From contig JBBCGO010000001.1 of the NCBI GenBank assembly GCA_037200925.1, positions 888,235 to 952,234 of the forward strand: a stretch of 64,000 nucleotides of DNA, written 5' to 3'. Both the position numbers and the translations under genes were made by a program. The notes beneath the pieces are model-generated. The model was not told the origin of the DNA, searched no databases, and was given only the letters and a program-made list of their open reading frames with translations. This DNA is from Candidatus Doudnabacteria bacterium (GTDB lineage: Bacteria > Patescibacteriota > Doudnabacteria > UBA920 > O2-02-FULL-48-8). This document shows, in pieces, positions 26,885 to 37,054 of this stretch (positions are counted from its first letter, which is position 1; every line of letters starts with the position of its first letter).

Positions 26885-27016
26885 TAAAAAATACCCAAAC
26901 GTCCTATGACGTTTGGGATCCTCGCGGATGGTTCCACCCAATCTTTGCTTCATTTTTTCCGTAACGCCGGAATTGTGCGGAGAACTCCATGGTTGGTGGC
27001 CATTTCTGCGTTCTCA
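26885..27016 (-). ncRNA. T-box riboswitch (Thr) upstream of thrS
   Basis: Antiterminator TTGGG-TGGAACC-ATCC-GCGA-GGAT-CCCAA overlaps terminator CCCAAACGTC-ATAG-GACGTTTGGG-TATTTTTT. Also a CGTTA box and a short stem I with ACC in its loop. Confidence 0.85.
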
Positions 27017-27048
27017 AAACTTAAATAGATTATATAGCTCCCGGCGGT

Positions 27049-30000
27049 TTAGGGCAAGTTCGAGCCAAGAAGCTCTTTGATCTTCGATTTTAGTTCCTCA
27101 TTCAGGTCTATCCGGAACGGCGTTTTGATCTTTTGCTGGTCGATCATAAGATTTACATTCAGATCGCCGGGAGCCGATTCAAACAGCTGTTTTAATTGGC
27201 CAAACAGTTCATCGGATGCGGCTGTCGGAATTTTGATAGTGACGGATGATTCTTGGGAAGGAGCTGTGGTTTCCGCGAACAGTTTTATCGTGTCAGCCAG
27301 AAATTTCGGCTCGCCGTCCTTGTCCGACATCTTGCCGGTCATGAGCACGATCTTTTCCGCCACGATAAGATCCTTGAACTGGCTGAATAAATTTGGAAAA
27401 ACGATGACTTCTATTGTGCCGGTGGTGTCCTCCAGATCGATAAACGCCATTTGATCGCCTTTTTTTGTAAGAATTTTCTGGACCCTGGTAATAATTCCGC
27501 CAATGGTAGCGGTTGGTGTTCTGTTTTCTATGACTTGTTTGATAGATAAGGCCGATCTTTGCAATTTTGCAGCGTGTTCGGCAAGCGGATGAGAGGTAAC
27601 ATAAAGCCCCAGCAGTTCTTTTTCCCAAGCCAAACGTTCCCGCTCGGTTGCCGGTTCCACGTCGCGCAACTTCAATTTTGCATCAGGGATAAAATTTTCG
27701 CCAAATAAACTTGTTTGATTGTCAGCCGCCGCTTTTTGCAAATTTCGCGCAAACTCCAGAATTATTTCCGTATTGGCCAAAAGCTTGTTGCGCTCTCCCA
27801 AAGCGTCCAAAGCGCCTGACTTAGCCATTGCTTCCCAGGATTTTTTGTTGAAATTGCGCGTTTGCACCCGTTTGACGAAATCTTCGACGGAAGAAAATTT
27901 CCCGCCGGCTTTCCGCTGTTCGATAATGATGCTGATGATATCCGAACCTAGATTTTTGACGGCAGTCAGCCCGAACCGGATATTGCGTTCGTCTATGACC
28001 GTAAAGTTGGCCAGGCTTTCATTCACATCCGGTGGCAGGACCTGGATGCCCATGATTTTGCATTCTTCAACCGCTTCGGCAATGGTTTCCATATCGCCTG
28101 ATTCGGCCGTCATCAGGGCGGCCATGAATTCCACGGTGTAATTGGCTTTCATGTAAGCCGTTTGGTAGCTGACAATGCCGTACGATGCGGCGTGGGCTTT
28201 GCCAAATCCGTAGGCCGCAAATGGCTCGATCAGTCCGAACAGCTGTTCCGCCCGGTAAGGCTCCATTCCATTTTTTACGCATCCTTTAATGAACTTTTCT
28301 TTTTGTTTGGCCATCTCAGCAGGGATCTTTTTACCCATAGCTTTGCGGAGTTTATCCGCTTCTTCCCACGAATAACCGGCAATATTAACAGCCGTTGTGA
28401 GTACGTCGTCCTGATACACCAGTAATCCCAGCGATCTTCCAAGATATGCCTGCATGCGCGGATCGAAATATTCGATCTTGCTGCGCTTATGCTGCCGGGT
28501 AATATATTCAGGAATGATCCCCATTGGGCCGGGGCGGTATAAAGCGATCATGGCCATGATGTCGAAAATGCTTTTTGGTTTTAGGTCCATCAGGTACCGC
28601 GTGATGCCGGACGAGCCCATTTGGAATACGCCGAATGTGTGGCCTTCGGACAGAAGTTTGAAAGTTTTTTCATCCGGATGAGGAAGATTTGCGATATCGA
28701 TCTGCACTCCCTGTCTTTTCTCTGCAATTTTTACCGCGGCTTCCAGGGTGGACAAATTGCGGATGCCTAAAAGATCGAGTTTGACCACTCCCAATGCTTT
28801 TTCGCCGCTGGCATTGACGTCCAATGCGTACATATCGTATTGCGTGATGACGCGTTCGCCATCCGGTTCTTTTTGCAGCGGCATGTAGTCAGTCAGTTCG
28901 GTCGGGGTAATGACAATGCCGGCGGCATGCACAGAAGCGTGCCGTGCATTACCCTCCAGTTTTTTGGCAATGTCGAGGATCTTTTTTGTTTCCGGATCTT
29001 TTTCGTAAGCGGCTTTCAGGTCGGTATTTAAGTCCATGGCTTTGTCCAAGGTCATATGAAAACCCTGTTTGCCTGTAGGGATCATTTTGGCGATCTGGTC
29101 GCATTTGCCGTAGGCAACGCCCAACGCCCGCCCGACATCCCTTACCGCGGCTCTTGCCATCATAGTCCCGAAGGTAATGATCTGTGCGACTTTTTCAGCT
29201 CCGTATTTTTTTGTGATATAAGAGATCACTTCATCGCGGTGGTTGTCGGCAATATCCAGGTCGATATCGGGAGGAGTAGGGCGGTGTTCGGTTAAAAATC
29301 TTTCGAACGGCAGTTCATAATAAAGAGGGTCTACATTTGTAATGCCTAAGATGCGCCCGACAATGGACCCGGCCGCGCTTCCTCTGGTATTGGTGATGGC
29401 GCCAAGCTTATGAGCTCCTTCGACCACGTCCGCGACCATGAGAAAATAAGTGTCAAATCCTTTATTGATTATAATATTAAGCTCGTAATCAATTCGTTGT
29501 TTGATATCATCGGGGACAGCGCCATCCTTGCCGTAAAGCGGCAAAGCGCGGGCGTAAGTCAGCTCCCGCAGGTACTCGGCAGTTGTTTTGCCCTCCGGCA
29601 CCTCAACTTTAGGAAAGTATCTTTGATTGGTTAAAATTTTAAGATTGCATTTTGCGGCAACCAAGGCCGTATTGGCCACGGCTTCGGGCAGATCCTTGAA
29701 TCGTTCATACATTTTTTCCTCGGTCTTAAGCGACAGGTCGTATCCTCGCATATCCATGCGGTCCGTATCAGAAGTAGTCCTGCCCGTGCCGATGCAGAGC
29801 AGAACATCCTGCGCTTCAGCATCCTGCGGTTCAATATAATGGCAGTCAGCGGTGGCGACCAGCGTCAGATTTTCAGCTTTAGCCAAAGCGGCAAGTTTTT
29901 GGACCAGTTTTTTTTCATTGGCGTCGGGCAGGCGGCTGTTGCGCTGGATCTCAATATAATAATTATCCGGCCCGAAAATATCCAGGTATTTTTGCAGGAT

Positions 30001-30471
30001 TTCGCGGGTTTCAGAATCGGATTTGTTCATGACGGCCCGGGCCAACTCGCCTCGCTGGCAGCCTGATAGGGCAATCAGCCCCTCGCTGTGTTTTTTTAAA
30101 ACCTCCAGGTCAATCCGGGGTTTATAGTAATAGCCGTCGATATGGGCTACGGTCGTAAGTTTTAAAAGATTTTTGTATCCTGCCTGATTGGCCGCCAGCA
30201 GAGTCAAATGAAAATAGTCAGAATCAATCTTGCCATTTTTTTCTTGCAATGTCCGCGGGGCTACATAAGCTTCAACGCCGATGATCGGTTTGATCCCGGC
30301 TTCTTGGCATTTATTATAGAATTCAATGGCGCCGTACATCACCCCGTGGTCGGTCAAAGCCAAACTGTCCATGCCGAGTTTCTTGGCGGTGGATACCAGT
30401 TCGTTTATTTTCGGCAGTCCATCAAGCAGGGAAAAGTGCGAATGGACGTGCAAGTGAGTGAATTTGGACAT
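27049..30471 (-). CDS. dnaE: DNA polymerase III subunit alpha
   Basis: FTHLHVHSHFSLLDG PHP domain, RGSAAGS, PDIDLD and a C-terminal OB fold. Start set at MSKF. Confidence 0.96.
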   Translation of the reverse strand: MSKFTHLHVHSHFSLLDGLPKINELVSTAKKLGMDSLALTDHGVMYGAIEFYNKCQEAGIKPIIGVEAYVAPRTLQEKNGKIDSDYFHLTLLAANQAGYKNLLKLTTVAHIDGYYYKPRIDLEVLKKHSEGLIALSGCQRGELARAVMNKSDSETREILQKYLDIFGPDNYYIEIQRNSRLPDANEKKLVQKLAALAKAENLTLVATADCHYIEPQDAEAQDVLLCIGTGRTTSDTDRMDMRGYDLSLKTEEKMYERFKDLPEAVANTALVAAKCNLKILTNQRYFPKVEVPEGKTTAEYLRELTYARALPLYGKDGAVPDDIKQRIDYELNIIINKGFDTYFLMVADVVEGAHKLGAITNTRGSAAGSIVGRILGITNVDPLYYELPFERFLTEHRPTPPDIDLDIADNHRDEVISYITKKYGAEKVAQIITFGTMMARAAVRDVGRALGVAYGKCDQIAKMIPTGKQGFHMTLDKAMDLNTDLKAAYEKDPETKKILDIAKKLEGNARHASVHAAGIVITPTELTDYMPLQKEPDGERVITQYDMYALDVNASGEKALGVVKLDLLGIRNLSTLEAAVKIAEKRQGVQIDIANLPHPDEKTFKLLSEGHTFGVFQMGSSGITRYLMDLKPKSIFDIMAMIALYRPGPMGIIPEYITRQHKRSKIEYFDPRMQAYLGRSLGLLVYQDDVLTTAVNIAGYSWEEADKLRKAMGKKIPAEMAKQKEKFIKGCVKNGMEPYRAEQLFGLIEPFAAYGFGKAHAASYGIVSYQTAYMKANYTVEFMAALMTAESGDMETIAEAVEECKIMGIQVLPPDVNESLANFTVIDERNIRFGLTAVKNLGSDIISIIIEQRKAGGKFSSVEDFVKRVQTRNFNKKSWEAMAKSGALDALGERNKLLANTEIILEFARNLQKAAADNQTSLFGENFIPDAKLKLRDVEPATERERLAWEKELLGLYVTSHPLAEHAAKLQRSALSIKQVIENRTPTATIGGIITRVQKILTKKGDQMAFIDLEDTTGTIEVIVFPNLFSQFKDLIVAEKIVLMTGKMSDKDGEPKFLADTIKLFAETTAPSQESSVTIKIPTAASDELFGQLKQLFESAPGDLNVNLMIDQQKIKTPFRIDLNEELKSKIKELLGSNLP

Positions 30472-30551
30472 AAGTAAGTCCATTATGGCAAAAGTCGCGT
30501 TACAGCGCAAAAAGTGATATAATTAGTCAAGATTTAAGACTTGAAACAAAT

Positions 30552-31394
30552 ATGGCACTAACGGATAACGACAGGATTCAGGAGTTATTTCTGGTCGTCG
30601 GCGACAAACTCGCTCCCGTGAACAAAAAATGGTGGTATGCCCTGGTCATTTTTCTGATCGTGCTGATCCCGTTTTATTATTTGGCGAAATATTCCTTCGT
30701 ACAACTGATAATGAGCGGATATCATGCGCCGGAAATAGTTTATACTGCGGGGATCCAGGAATCTTTACAGATAATCGACAAGAAAATTTTTATTCTTGCG
30801 CCGAACACATATTCAGGTTACGTGAAAATAAAAAATATCAATCTGGAATGGGGAGTGCCCAGCCAGGATTATACGGCGGAATTTAAAACTTTGGGCGGGA
30901 CCAGTATTGCAAAAATAAGCGATTCAACGTTTATCCTTCCGGCTTCCGAAAAACTAATCGTTTTTCCGCGTTTTACCTCACAAACCAAACCCGATGAGAT
31001 CGACGTGACTTTGGGTGAGACGCAGTTTATCCAAAAACCCGATGTGACGGTCAATTATGAACTTCAACGCGTGAATCTTCAGAATAACCCCGCAGGCTTT
31101 TCTATGACGGCCGGGATAAAAAACACAATGGCTTTCACGGTCGGGCAGATCGATCTGCCTGTAGCTGTTTACGACAGCAATAATAATATAGTTGCCGTCA
31201 ATTTTACGACCATTAACGATGTTCTGTCCGGTGAAACCAGGACATTCACATATTCCTGGCCGGGCGCAGTGGCCGGCGCAGTCCGGGCGGAGATCAATCC
31301 GGAGATCAATATATTTGACCGGAATATATTTTCGCAGCCCGCCGGAGTCTCGCCATTCGACAGTTCAACGCAGCCCGCGCCCGCATCTCCATGA
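30552..31394 (+). CDS. Membrane-anchored protein with Ig-like (FxLYD-like) beta domains
   Basis: One TM segment, then two beta-rich repeats (IKN.N..., ..VYD.NN.IVAVN.T.I..V.SGETR.F). Confidence 0.65.
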   Translation: MALTDNDRIQELFLVVGDKLAPVNKKWWYALVIFLIVLIPFYYLAKYSFVQLIMSGYHAPEIVYTAGIQESLQIIDKKIFILAPNTYSGYVKIKNINLEWGVPSQDYTAEFKTLGGTSIAKISDSTFILPASEKLIVFPRFTSQTKPDEIDVTLGETQFIQKPDVTVNYELQRVNLQNNPAGFSMTAGIKNTMAFTVGQIDLPVAVYDSNNNIVAVNFTTINDVLSGETRTFTYSWPGAVAGAVRAEINPEINIFDRNIFSQPAGVSPFDSSTQPAPASP

Positions 31395-32494
31395 GAAATT
31401 GGTTTGCGAATTTCCGTTATTTTGACCTTTATATTTTCGGCAGCAGCACTCTGCTGCTGATTTTGGGTTTGCTCATGATCTATTCCACCACGCTTGCCAG
31501 CCCGACCAATCTTCTAAGCCATCAGCTGGTGTTCGCCGTCCTGGGATTTATTGCGATGTTCCTGCTGGCTTTTTATGACTACAGAAAACTTAAAAAGAGT
31601 ACGGGGTTTTTCTATGTCCTGATCATATTAAGCCTGCTGCTGGTGTGGTTCTTGGGCCATAATGTCCGCGGATCGACCCGGTGGATCGATCTTGGGATCT
31701 TCCGCGCCCAGCCGGCGGAGTTTGCCAAACTGATAATGGTTGTGATCATGGCCAAATTCCTGGATCAAAGCGGCGAAAAATTGAAAGACATCAGGTATGT
31801 TCTCCTGTCGGCTGTTTATGTCAGCATTCCGGCAATACTGGTCTTGATCGAGCCGGACCTGGGTTCGGCCCTGGTTATTTTTTTCACCTGGCTGGGCATG
31901 CTGCTGTTCTCCAAGATGAATAAAAAACATTTGGGCATCCTGCTTTTAATTGCCGTCCTGGTTTCTTCCTTCAGCTGGTTCTTTGTGCTCCATGATTATC
32001 AGAAAAACCGCATTTATACTTTTTTGGACCCGAGCCAGGATCCGCGGGGCAGCGGCTATAATGTCCTGCAATCAATAATCGCCGTAGGCTCAGGCAGCAT
32101 TACGGGCCGGGGAGTGGGCAGGGGGCTGCAATCCCAGCTGAAATTCTTGCCGGAGCGGCAAACTGACTTTATCTTCGCTTCTACTGCAGAGGAATTGGGC
32201 TTGGTGGGAAGCCTGTTCATCCTGAGCATGTTCGCCATATTGTTTTTCGGCCTGGTCCGGGCGATCAAGCATGCCAGGGATAACTTCGGAATGTATCTGA
32301 CCCTGGGGATTTTTTTCATGCTATTGTCGCAAGTGCTGATAAATATCGGCATGAATGTCGGACTGCTTCCCGTCACCGGCATTCCTTTGCCGCTTTTAAG
32401 TTACGGCGGATCCTCACTTCTGACCACTATGGCGGCACTGGGATTAGTGCAAAGCGTTGTGGCCCGCCAGAAGGCTGTGAAGTTCGGCAACTGA
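31391..32494 (+). CDS. rodA: Rod shape-determining protein RodA (SEDS)
   Basis: GSTRWI.LG...QPAEFAK, EPDLGSA, LPE.QTDFIF and GIPLPLLSYGGSS motifs. Confidence 0.92.
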   Translation: MRNWFANFRYFDLYIFGSSTLLLILGLLMIYSTTLASPTNLLSHQLVFAVLGFIAMFLLAFYDYRKLKKSTGFFYVLIILSLLLVWFLGHNVRGSTRWIDLGIFRAQPAEFAKLIMVVIMAKFLDQSGEKLKDIRYVLLSAVYVSIPAILVLIEPDLGSALVIFFTWLGMLLFSKMNKKHLGILLLIAVLVSSFSWFFVLHDYQKNRIYTFLDPSQDPRGSGYNVLQSIIAVGSGSITGRGVGRGLQSQLKFLPERQTDFIFASTAEELGLVGSLFILSMFAILFFGLVRAIKHARDNFGMYLTLGIFFMLLSQVLINIGMNVGLLPVTGIPLPLLSYGGSSLLTTMAALGLVQSVVARQKAVKFGN

Positions 32495-32540
32495 TCTTTG
32501 GTTGACGCCAAAAATATTAGCCCTTACAATATAAGCATCT

Positions 32541-32897
32541 ATGCCGAAGTTTGATTTCAACAAAATCGTCCAGTGGCTGGCTTATATTTTGAAGTGTCCG
32601 GTTTGCGGGCACCAGTATACGCCGGAACAAACCAAGATCATTGATACGGGGGAAGAAAAACCGCTTTCCGGCCGCAGCCTTCTGGTCCACACTGACTGTG
32701 ACCGGTGCAAAAGCTCGGTGGTATTTTCCATTGCGATTGACGGACCCGAGATCTTTTCCATCGGCATGGTGACAGACCTGACCAGCCAGGATACATCCAA
32801 ATTTAAAAATGCCAAACCTATCACCACGGATGAAGTTTTGGCTACTCACGAATTTTTAAGGGGTTTTGACGGGGACTTCAAATCTGCTTTGAAATAG
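32541..32897 (+). CDS. Hypothetical zinc-ribbon protein
   Basis: CPVC and C.RC pairs, with a C-terminal ITTDEVL..HEFL..FDGDF. Confidence 0.75.
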   Translation: MPKFDFNKIVQWLAYILKCPVCGHQYTPEQTKIIDTGEEKPLSGRSLLVHTDCDRCKSSVVFSIAIDGPEIFSIGMVTDLTSQDTSKFKNAKPITTDEVLATHEFLRGFDGDFKSALK

Positions 32898-32937
32898 CTT
32901 TGACCTATTCATCAGAAGATGTTATTATATTGCGGCT

Positions 32938-33639
32938 ATGGAAAATATTGCAATTGAAGCGACCAAACGAACTATTTTGGGCAAACGGGTAAAAACATTG
33001 CGTCAGGCAGGAAAGCTGCCCGGCATTTTGTATGGGCACAATACAGAGACAGCAGAAATCGAAATTAAGGAAAAAGATTTTTCCAAGGCATTTAAGCAGG
33101 CGGGTGAATCAACGCTGGTCAATCTGGTTATGGACGGCAAAACCACGCCGGTCTTGATCTACGATGTCCAGCACCACTATCTGAACGGCCAGCCACTGCA
33201 TGTGGATTTTTATGCCGTGAACATGACCGAAAAACTGAAGGTCCGCGTGCCAATCCAGTTCACCGGCGAATCGCAGGCGGTAAAGGGCTTAGGCGGGACT
33301 TTGCTTAAGAATCTTTCCGATGTTGAGGTGGAATGTTTGCCGGCTGATATTCCTAAATATTTTGAAATCGACATCAGTTCGTTGAACACATTTGAAGATG
33401 CTATCCGCATCCAGGACCTGAAAGTCAGCGACAAGGTAACAATTCTGGCTAAACCGGATGAAGTGATCGTCAATGTCGCGCCTCCCCGAACCGAAGAAGA
33501 GATGAAAGAATTATCCGAAAAACCGGTTGTTGAAGATGTAACCTTGGTTGAAGGGGTATTAAAGCCGGAAGAAACTCCTGAGGCAGTAGCAGGGGATGAG
33601 AAGGCTGAGAAGCCGGAGAAAAAAGAAGAGAAAAAATAG
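32938..33639 (+). CDS. rplY: 50S ribosomal protein L25 (Ctc form)
   Basis: LRQAGKLPGILYG, Q.H......LHVDFY and VEVECLP.DIP motifs. Confidence 0.93.
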   Translation: MENIAIEATKRTILGKRVKTLRQAGKLPGILYGHNTETAEIEIKEKDFSKAFKQAGESTLVNLVMDGKTTPVLIYDVQHHYLNGQPLHVDFYAVNMTEKLKVRVPIQFTGESQAVKGLGGTLLKNLSDVEVECLPADIPKYFEIDISSLNTFEDAIRIQDLKVSDKVTILAKPDEVIVNVAPPRTEEEMKELSEKPVVEDVTLVEGVLKPEETPEAVAGDEKAEKPEKKEEKK

Positions 33640-33641
33640 CT

Positions 33642-34550
33642 TTAGCTTATAGTTGATAGGTTTTGTAGAATTGCAAACCTCTCAAATCCGGATAAATCTT
33701 TATAAATTTTTGTTTCAAAAGCTGGTAAATATTTTTTTACCAGCTTTTTGATTGCCGGGCCGTGGGTCTCGCCGATCTCAAGGAAGAGAAATTGAGGCGC
33801 TCTTGTCATCCCGGACTTGATCCGGGATCCAGATAAAGAACTTTTTGTCTGGATTCCCGCTTTCGCGGGAATGACAAAAGAAATTTGCTTGAAAAGCTCT
33901 TCCAATAATCCGAGTCCTTTTTTTTCCGCGATTAAAGCTTGTTTCGGTTCAAACTTGGTTGATGCGTCAGTTTCTTCAGCCAGGTAAGGCAGATTGGCCA
34001 CAATAATATCGAAATGCTGTTTTTTCCACGGGGTCAAAAGCGAGCCGTGTTTGAAAATAATTTTAACTTTATGCTGTTTGGCATTCTTTTTTGCTATTAA
34101 TAAAGCGGCTGGTGAAATGTCCGAGGCGAAATATCGATTTTTTGACCCAAGTTTTTTTGCCACGCTTACGATAATATTTCCTGAGCCGGTCCCGACATCC
34201 AGAATGTTTAAGCCGTTTTTGATGCCAATAGTCTTCATGGCCAATTCCACCAGACCCTCGGTTTCGGGGCGGGGGATCAATACGTTTTCATCAACGTAAA
34301 AACCAAGGCCATAAAATTCTTTTTTTTTGGCCAGATAAGCAACAGGCCAGCCCATCAGCCTGCGGGTTAGAAATATATGAAATCGTTTTTCCAGCTTCTG
34401 ACTGACCGTTTGGCCGGGATTGGCAAGCAGATATTCTTTGGGCTTATCCAAGACATGCGACAAAAGCACTTCCGCATCCAGATCCGGGGAAGCGCTTTTT
34501 GATCTGGATAATCTTTTTGCGGCTAAATTTAGCAGTTCCCGAACCGTCAT
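33642..34550 (-). CDS. prmC: Release factor glutamine methyltransferase PrmC
   Basis: LDAEVLL, PVAYL...[22 protein letters not shown] and ANLPY motifs. Downstream of prfA. Confidence 0.93.
   Translation of the reverse strand: MTVRELLNLAAKRLSRSKSASPDLDAEVLLSHVLDKPKEYLLANPGQTVSQKLEKRFHIFLTRRLMGWPVAYLAKKKEFYGLGFYVDENVLIPRPETEGLVELAMKTIGIKNGLNILDVGTGSGNIIVSVAKKLGSKNRYFASDISPAALLIAKKNAKQHKVKIIFKHGSLLTPWKKQHFDIIVANLPYLAEETDASTKFEPKQALIAEKKGLGLLEELFKQISFVIPAKAGIQTKSSLSGSRIKSGMTRAPQFLFLEIGETHGPAIKKLVKKYLPAFETKIYKDLSGFERFAILQNLSTIS
33803..33877. repeat. RPE-like palindromic element inserted in frame in prmC
   Basis: TTGTCATCCCGGACTTGATCCGGGATCCAGA...TCTGGATTCCCGCTTTCGCGGGAATGACAA, encoding [25 protein letters not shown]. 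Confidence 0.85.
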
Positions 34551-35602
34551 TTTGCAATTGATTCCAATTGCCGTTTCTGGTCTTCGGCGATCATGGCTTG
34601 GGTGATTTGTTCCATGTTTCCTTCCATGATCGTCTGGATCTGGTTCCAGTTTTGGTTGATCCTGTGGTCTGTGATGCGGTCCTGGGGGAAATTATAGGTC
34701 CGGATCTTTTCCGACCTATCCCCGGTGCCGATCTGGGATTTACGTTTGTCGCTTAGTTCCTTTCTTTTGCGCTCTTCCTCGAGCGCGAGCAGGCGGGCGC
34801 GCATGACATTCATCGCTTTTTCTTTGTTCTGTGATTGAGAACGCTCGTCCTGGATGACCACGACAATTCCGCTTGGAATATGCGTTAAGCGGACAGCGGA
34901 ATAAGTGGTGTTTACGGATTGCCCGCCGTGGCCGGATGACGTGGTAGCTTCAAATTTGATATCTTTCGGGTCTATCTTAAAATCAACTTCTTCGATCTCT
35001 GGCATGACCGCCACGGTAACAGTTGATGTGTGCACTCGCCCTGATTTTTCCGTTTCCGGGACCCGCTGCACCCGATGTACGCCGGATTCGTATTTAAATT
35101 TACTGAAAGCCGCGCGGCCCAGGATCTCAAAAATGATCTCTTTGAACCCGCCGATAGAGGTGCGGCTGGAAGAAAGAACGACGATTTTGTACTTTAACTT
35201 TTCCGCGTATTTTGAATACATCCGGAACAATTCGGCCGCGAACAGCCCGGCCTCATCGCCGCCGGCACCTGCGCGGATCTCCACGATAGTGTTTTTTTCA
35301 TCATATGGATCTTTGGGCAATAAGGCCTGCCGCAGGCTTTCGGCCAGTTTTTCACGCTCGGATCGCAGGGTAGGGAGTTCTGAGGCAGCCATGTCGGATA
35401 ATTCGGACCCTTCGGCAATCATTTTTTCATGCTCAGCGATCTCGGTTTCCAGTTTTTCCAGCCGGTTGATCTTCTCGATCATAGGCAAAAGCTCGGATTG
35501 CCGTTTCCCTAAGCTCGCCAGTTGTTTGCGGTCAGTGGTTTGAGAAAGCTTTTCCGAAATATCGCCGTATTCTTTTTTGATATGGTTATATTGGAGTTCC
35601 AT
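34547..35602 (-). CDS. prfA: Peptide chain release factor 1
   Basis: [25 protein letters not shown] (PxT), GGQ and [14 protein letters not shown] motifs. Confidence 0.96.
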   Translation of the reverse strand: MELQYNHIKKEYGDISEKLSQTTDRKQLASLGKRQSELLPMIEKINRLEKLETEIAEHEKMIAEGSELSDMAASELPTLRSEREKLAESLRQALLPKDPYDEKNTIVEIRAGAGGDEAGLFAAELFRMYSKYAEKLKYKIVVLSSSRTSIGGFKEIIFEILGRAAFSKFKYESGVHRVQRVPETEKSGRVHTSTVTVAVMPEIEEVDFKIDPKDIKFEATTSSGHGGQSVNTTYSAVRLTHIPSGIVVVIQDERSQSQNKEKAMNVMRARLLALEEERKRKELSDKRKSQIGTGDRSEKIRTYNFPQDRITDHRINQNWNQIQTIMEGNMEQITQAMIAEDQKRQLESIAK

Positions 35603-35663
35603 AAAGGTTTAAACAAAAAACAGGCCTTAATATAATTCTATATCAGTAGCCTGTTTTTGTCAG

Positions 35664-35912
35664 TTAAGCAGCTGCGAGTTTTTTGCTGATGCGCTTAGAT
35701 TTCATTTCTGCAGACTTGGTGCCGCGTTTCTTGAATTTATCGATCGTGCCCGCCACATCAAGCAGGTTTTGCTTGCCGGTATAGAACGGATGGCAATTTG
35801 AGCAAATTTCAACATGCAGTTCCTGTTTGGTGGAACCGGTGATAAAGGTGTTGCCGCAGGCGCAGACGACTTTGGCATCAGTAAAATAAGTCGGATGTAT
35901 GTCTTTTTTCAT
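35664..35912 (-). CDS. rpmE: 50S ribosomal protein L31 (Zn-binding form)
   Basis: MKKDIHP.Y, CACG and [14 protein letters not shown] motifs. Confidence 0.96.
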   Translation of the reverse strand: MKKDIHPTYFTDAKVVCACGNTFITGSTKQELHVEICSNCHPFYTGKQNLLDVAGTIDKFKKRGTKSAEMKSKRISKKLAAA

Positions 35913-35988
35913 AACTACAAAATTATATCGCAGATTGACAGAAAAGTCAACAGGGGATATGATTGTATGTCAAAAGGAAGGAGGACAC

Positions 35989-36096
35989 ATGAAGTTGGTG
36001 TATGCACTTTTTGGGCTAGTGGCACTTCAATGTGTCTTTCTCGTCTGGAGCCTGATCAAACAGCAACTACGCCGCAACCAAAGGTCAAAGAGGTGA
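35989..36096 (+). CDS. Small membrane peptide (ORFan)
   Basis: AAGGAGG SD then MKLVYALFGLVALQCVFLVWSLIKQQLRR. Single TM segment. Confidence 0.5.
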   Translation: MKLVYALFGLVALQCVFLVWSLIKQQLRRNQRSKR

Positions 36097-36100
36097 GTAG

Positions 36101-36664
36101 ATGAACACGCAACTTGAACTGATGCTGAAGGTTTGGGAGAGGCTGAACAACGAAGTGCTCCAGTACATGCGCATGCTGGACTATTGGATAATGTTCCTGA
36201 TCGCGCTGCTCGTGTTCCTCATCTACGCTTCGCGACAGGAAGGTTATCGCGATTTCATTGTCTGGGCCGCTGTCACGGGCGCTATTACGCCGGTTTGGAT
36301 CGGCAGGATAGACGTGCTGATTCACAGGCCGGTGCCGGCCACGATCGCGATCGAAGAGGAGATCAATGAATACCTGAGGCGCGATCCATCAGGGGAGCGG
36401 TTGAGGGAGGAACTGAAGCTTGGTCCGAGGTTTAAGACCTGGGAAAATTACTACAAACCCGGACTCAAGACCGGCGTCAAGATCCTCGTCCCTTTGGATG
36501 CTGTTGCGCTCGTGTTCCTTCTTTTCCTGTTCGCGCATGCCAACAACCGCGCGGCTCAATTCCTTGCGGACACAGGCTGGTCGGGCGTTTTCTGGTGGGG
36601 GTGCTGGGTCGTCTTTGTGTGCGGCGTCGGCATAATTGCCGCAGCCAAACCACTGGCGGAGTGA
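36101..36664 (+). CDS. Hypothetical multi-pass membrane protein (ORFan)
   Basis: GAGGTGA SD, about 4 hydrophobic segments, higher GC than the core genes. Confidence 0.65.
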   Translation: MNTQLELMLKVWERLNNEVLQYMRMLDYWIMFLIALLVFLIYASRQEGYRDFIVWAAVTGAITPVWIGRIDVLIHRPVPATIAIEEEINEYLRRDPSGERLREELKLGPRFKTWENYYKPGLKTGVKILVPLDAVALVFLLFLFAHANNRAAQFLADTGWSGVFWWGCWVVFVCGVGIIAAAKPLAE

Positions 36665-36681
36665 AGCTGGGAGGAAAAAAC

Positions 36682-36978
36682 GTGACGCTGATCCTGGTAA
36701 TATTGGCAGCCGCTGCAGGTTTCGCGGCCGGAATACTGTACCGCCATTGGAATCAGTTGCCGGAGACTCGCGAACTTGGGGTATACCGCACCTGGCTCTG
36801 GCGGTCAGACATGAATGACGGCCCGATCAATCAGCCCGGAACAAAGTTCAGATTCAGCCTCGACGGCCGCAAGAGCATCTGGTGGGCGCAGGTTAAACCT
36901 GACGGCAGCGTAGGACCGGGAGAACTGGTGGCAGAGCCGCTCCCTTATCTGGAAGGTCCGCCAGTCGCGATCCATTAA
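36682..36978 (+). CDS. Hypothetical exported/membrane-anchored protein (ORFan)
   Basis: GGAGG SD before the GTG at 36682, N-terminal hydrophobic helix, terminator-like hairpin and T-run after the stop. Confidence 0.55.
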   Translation: MTLILVILAAAAGFAAGILYRHWNQLPETRELGVYRTWLWRSDMNDGPINQPGTKFRFSLDGRKSIWWAQVKPDGSVGPGELVAEPLPYLEGPPVAIH

Positions 36979-37054
36979 GCCCTCCGGGCAATCCGGTCGG
37001 CTTCTTTTTTTGGCTAATTTTGCTAGAATGTAATGAACTTCAGCAGGAGGATCC

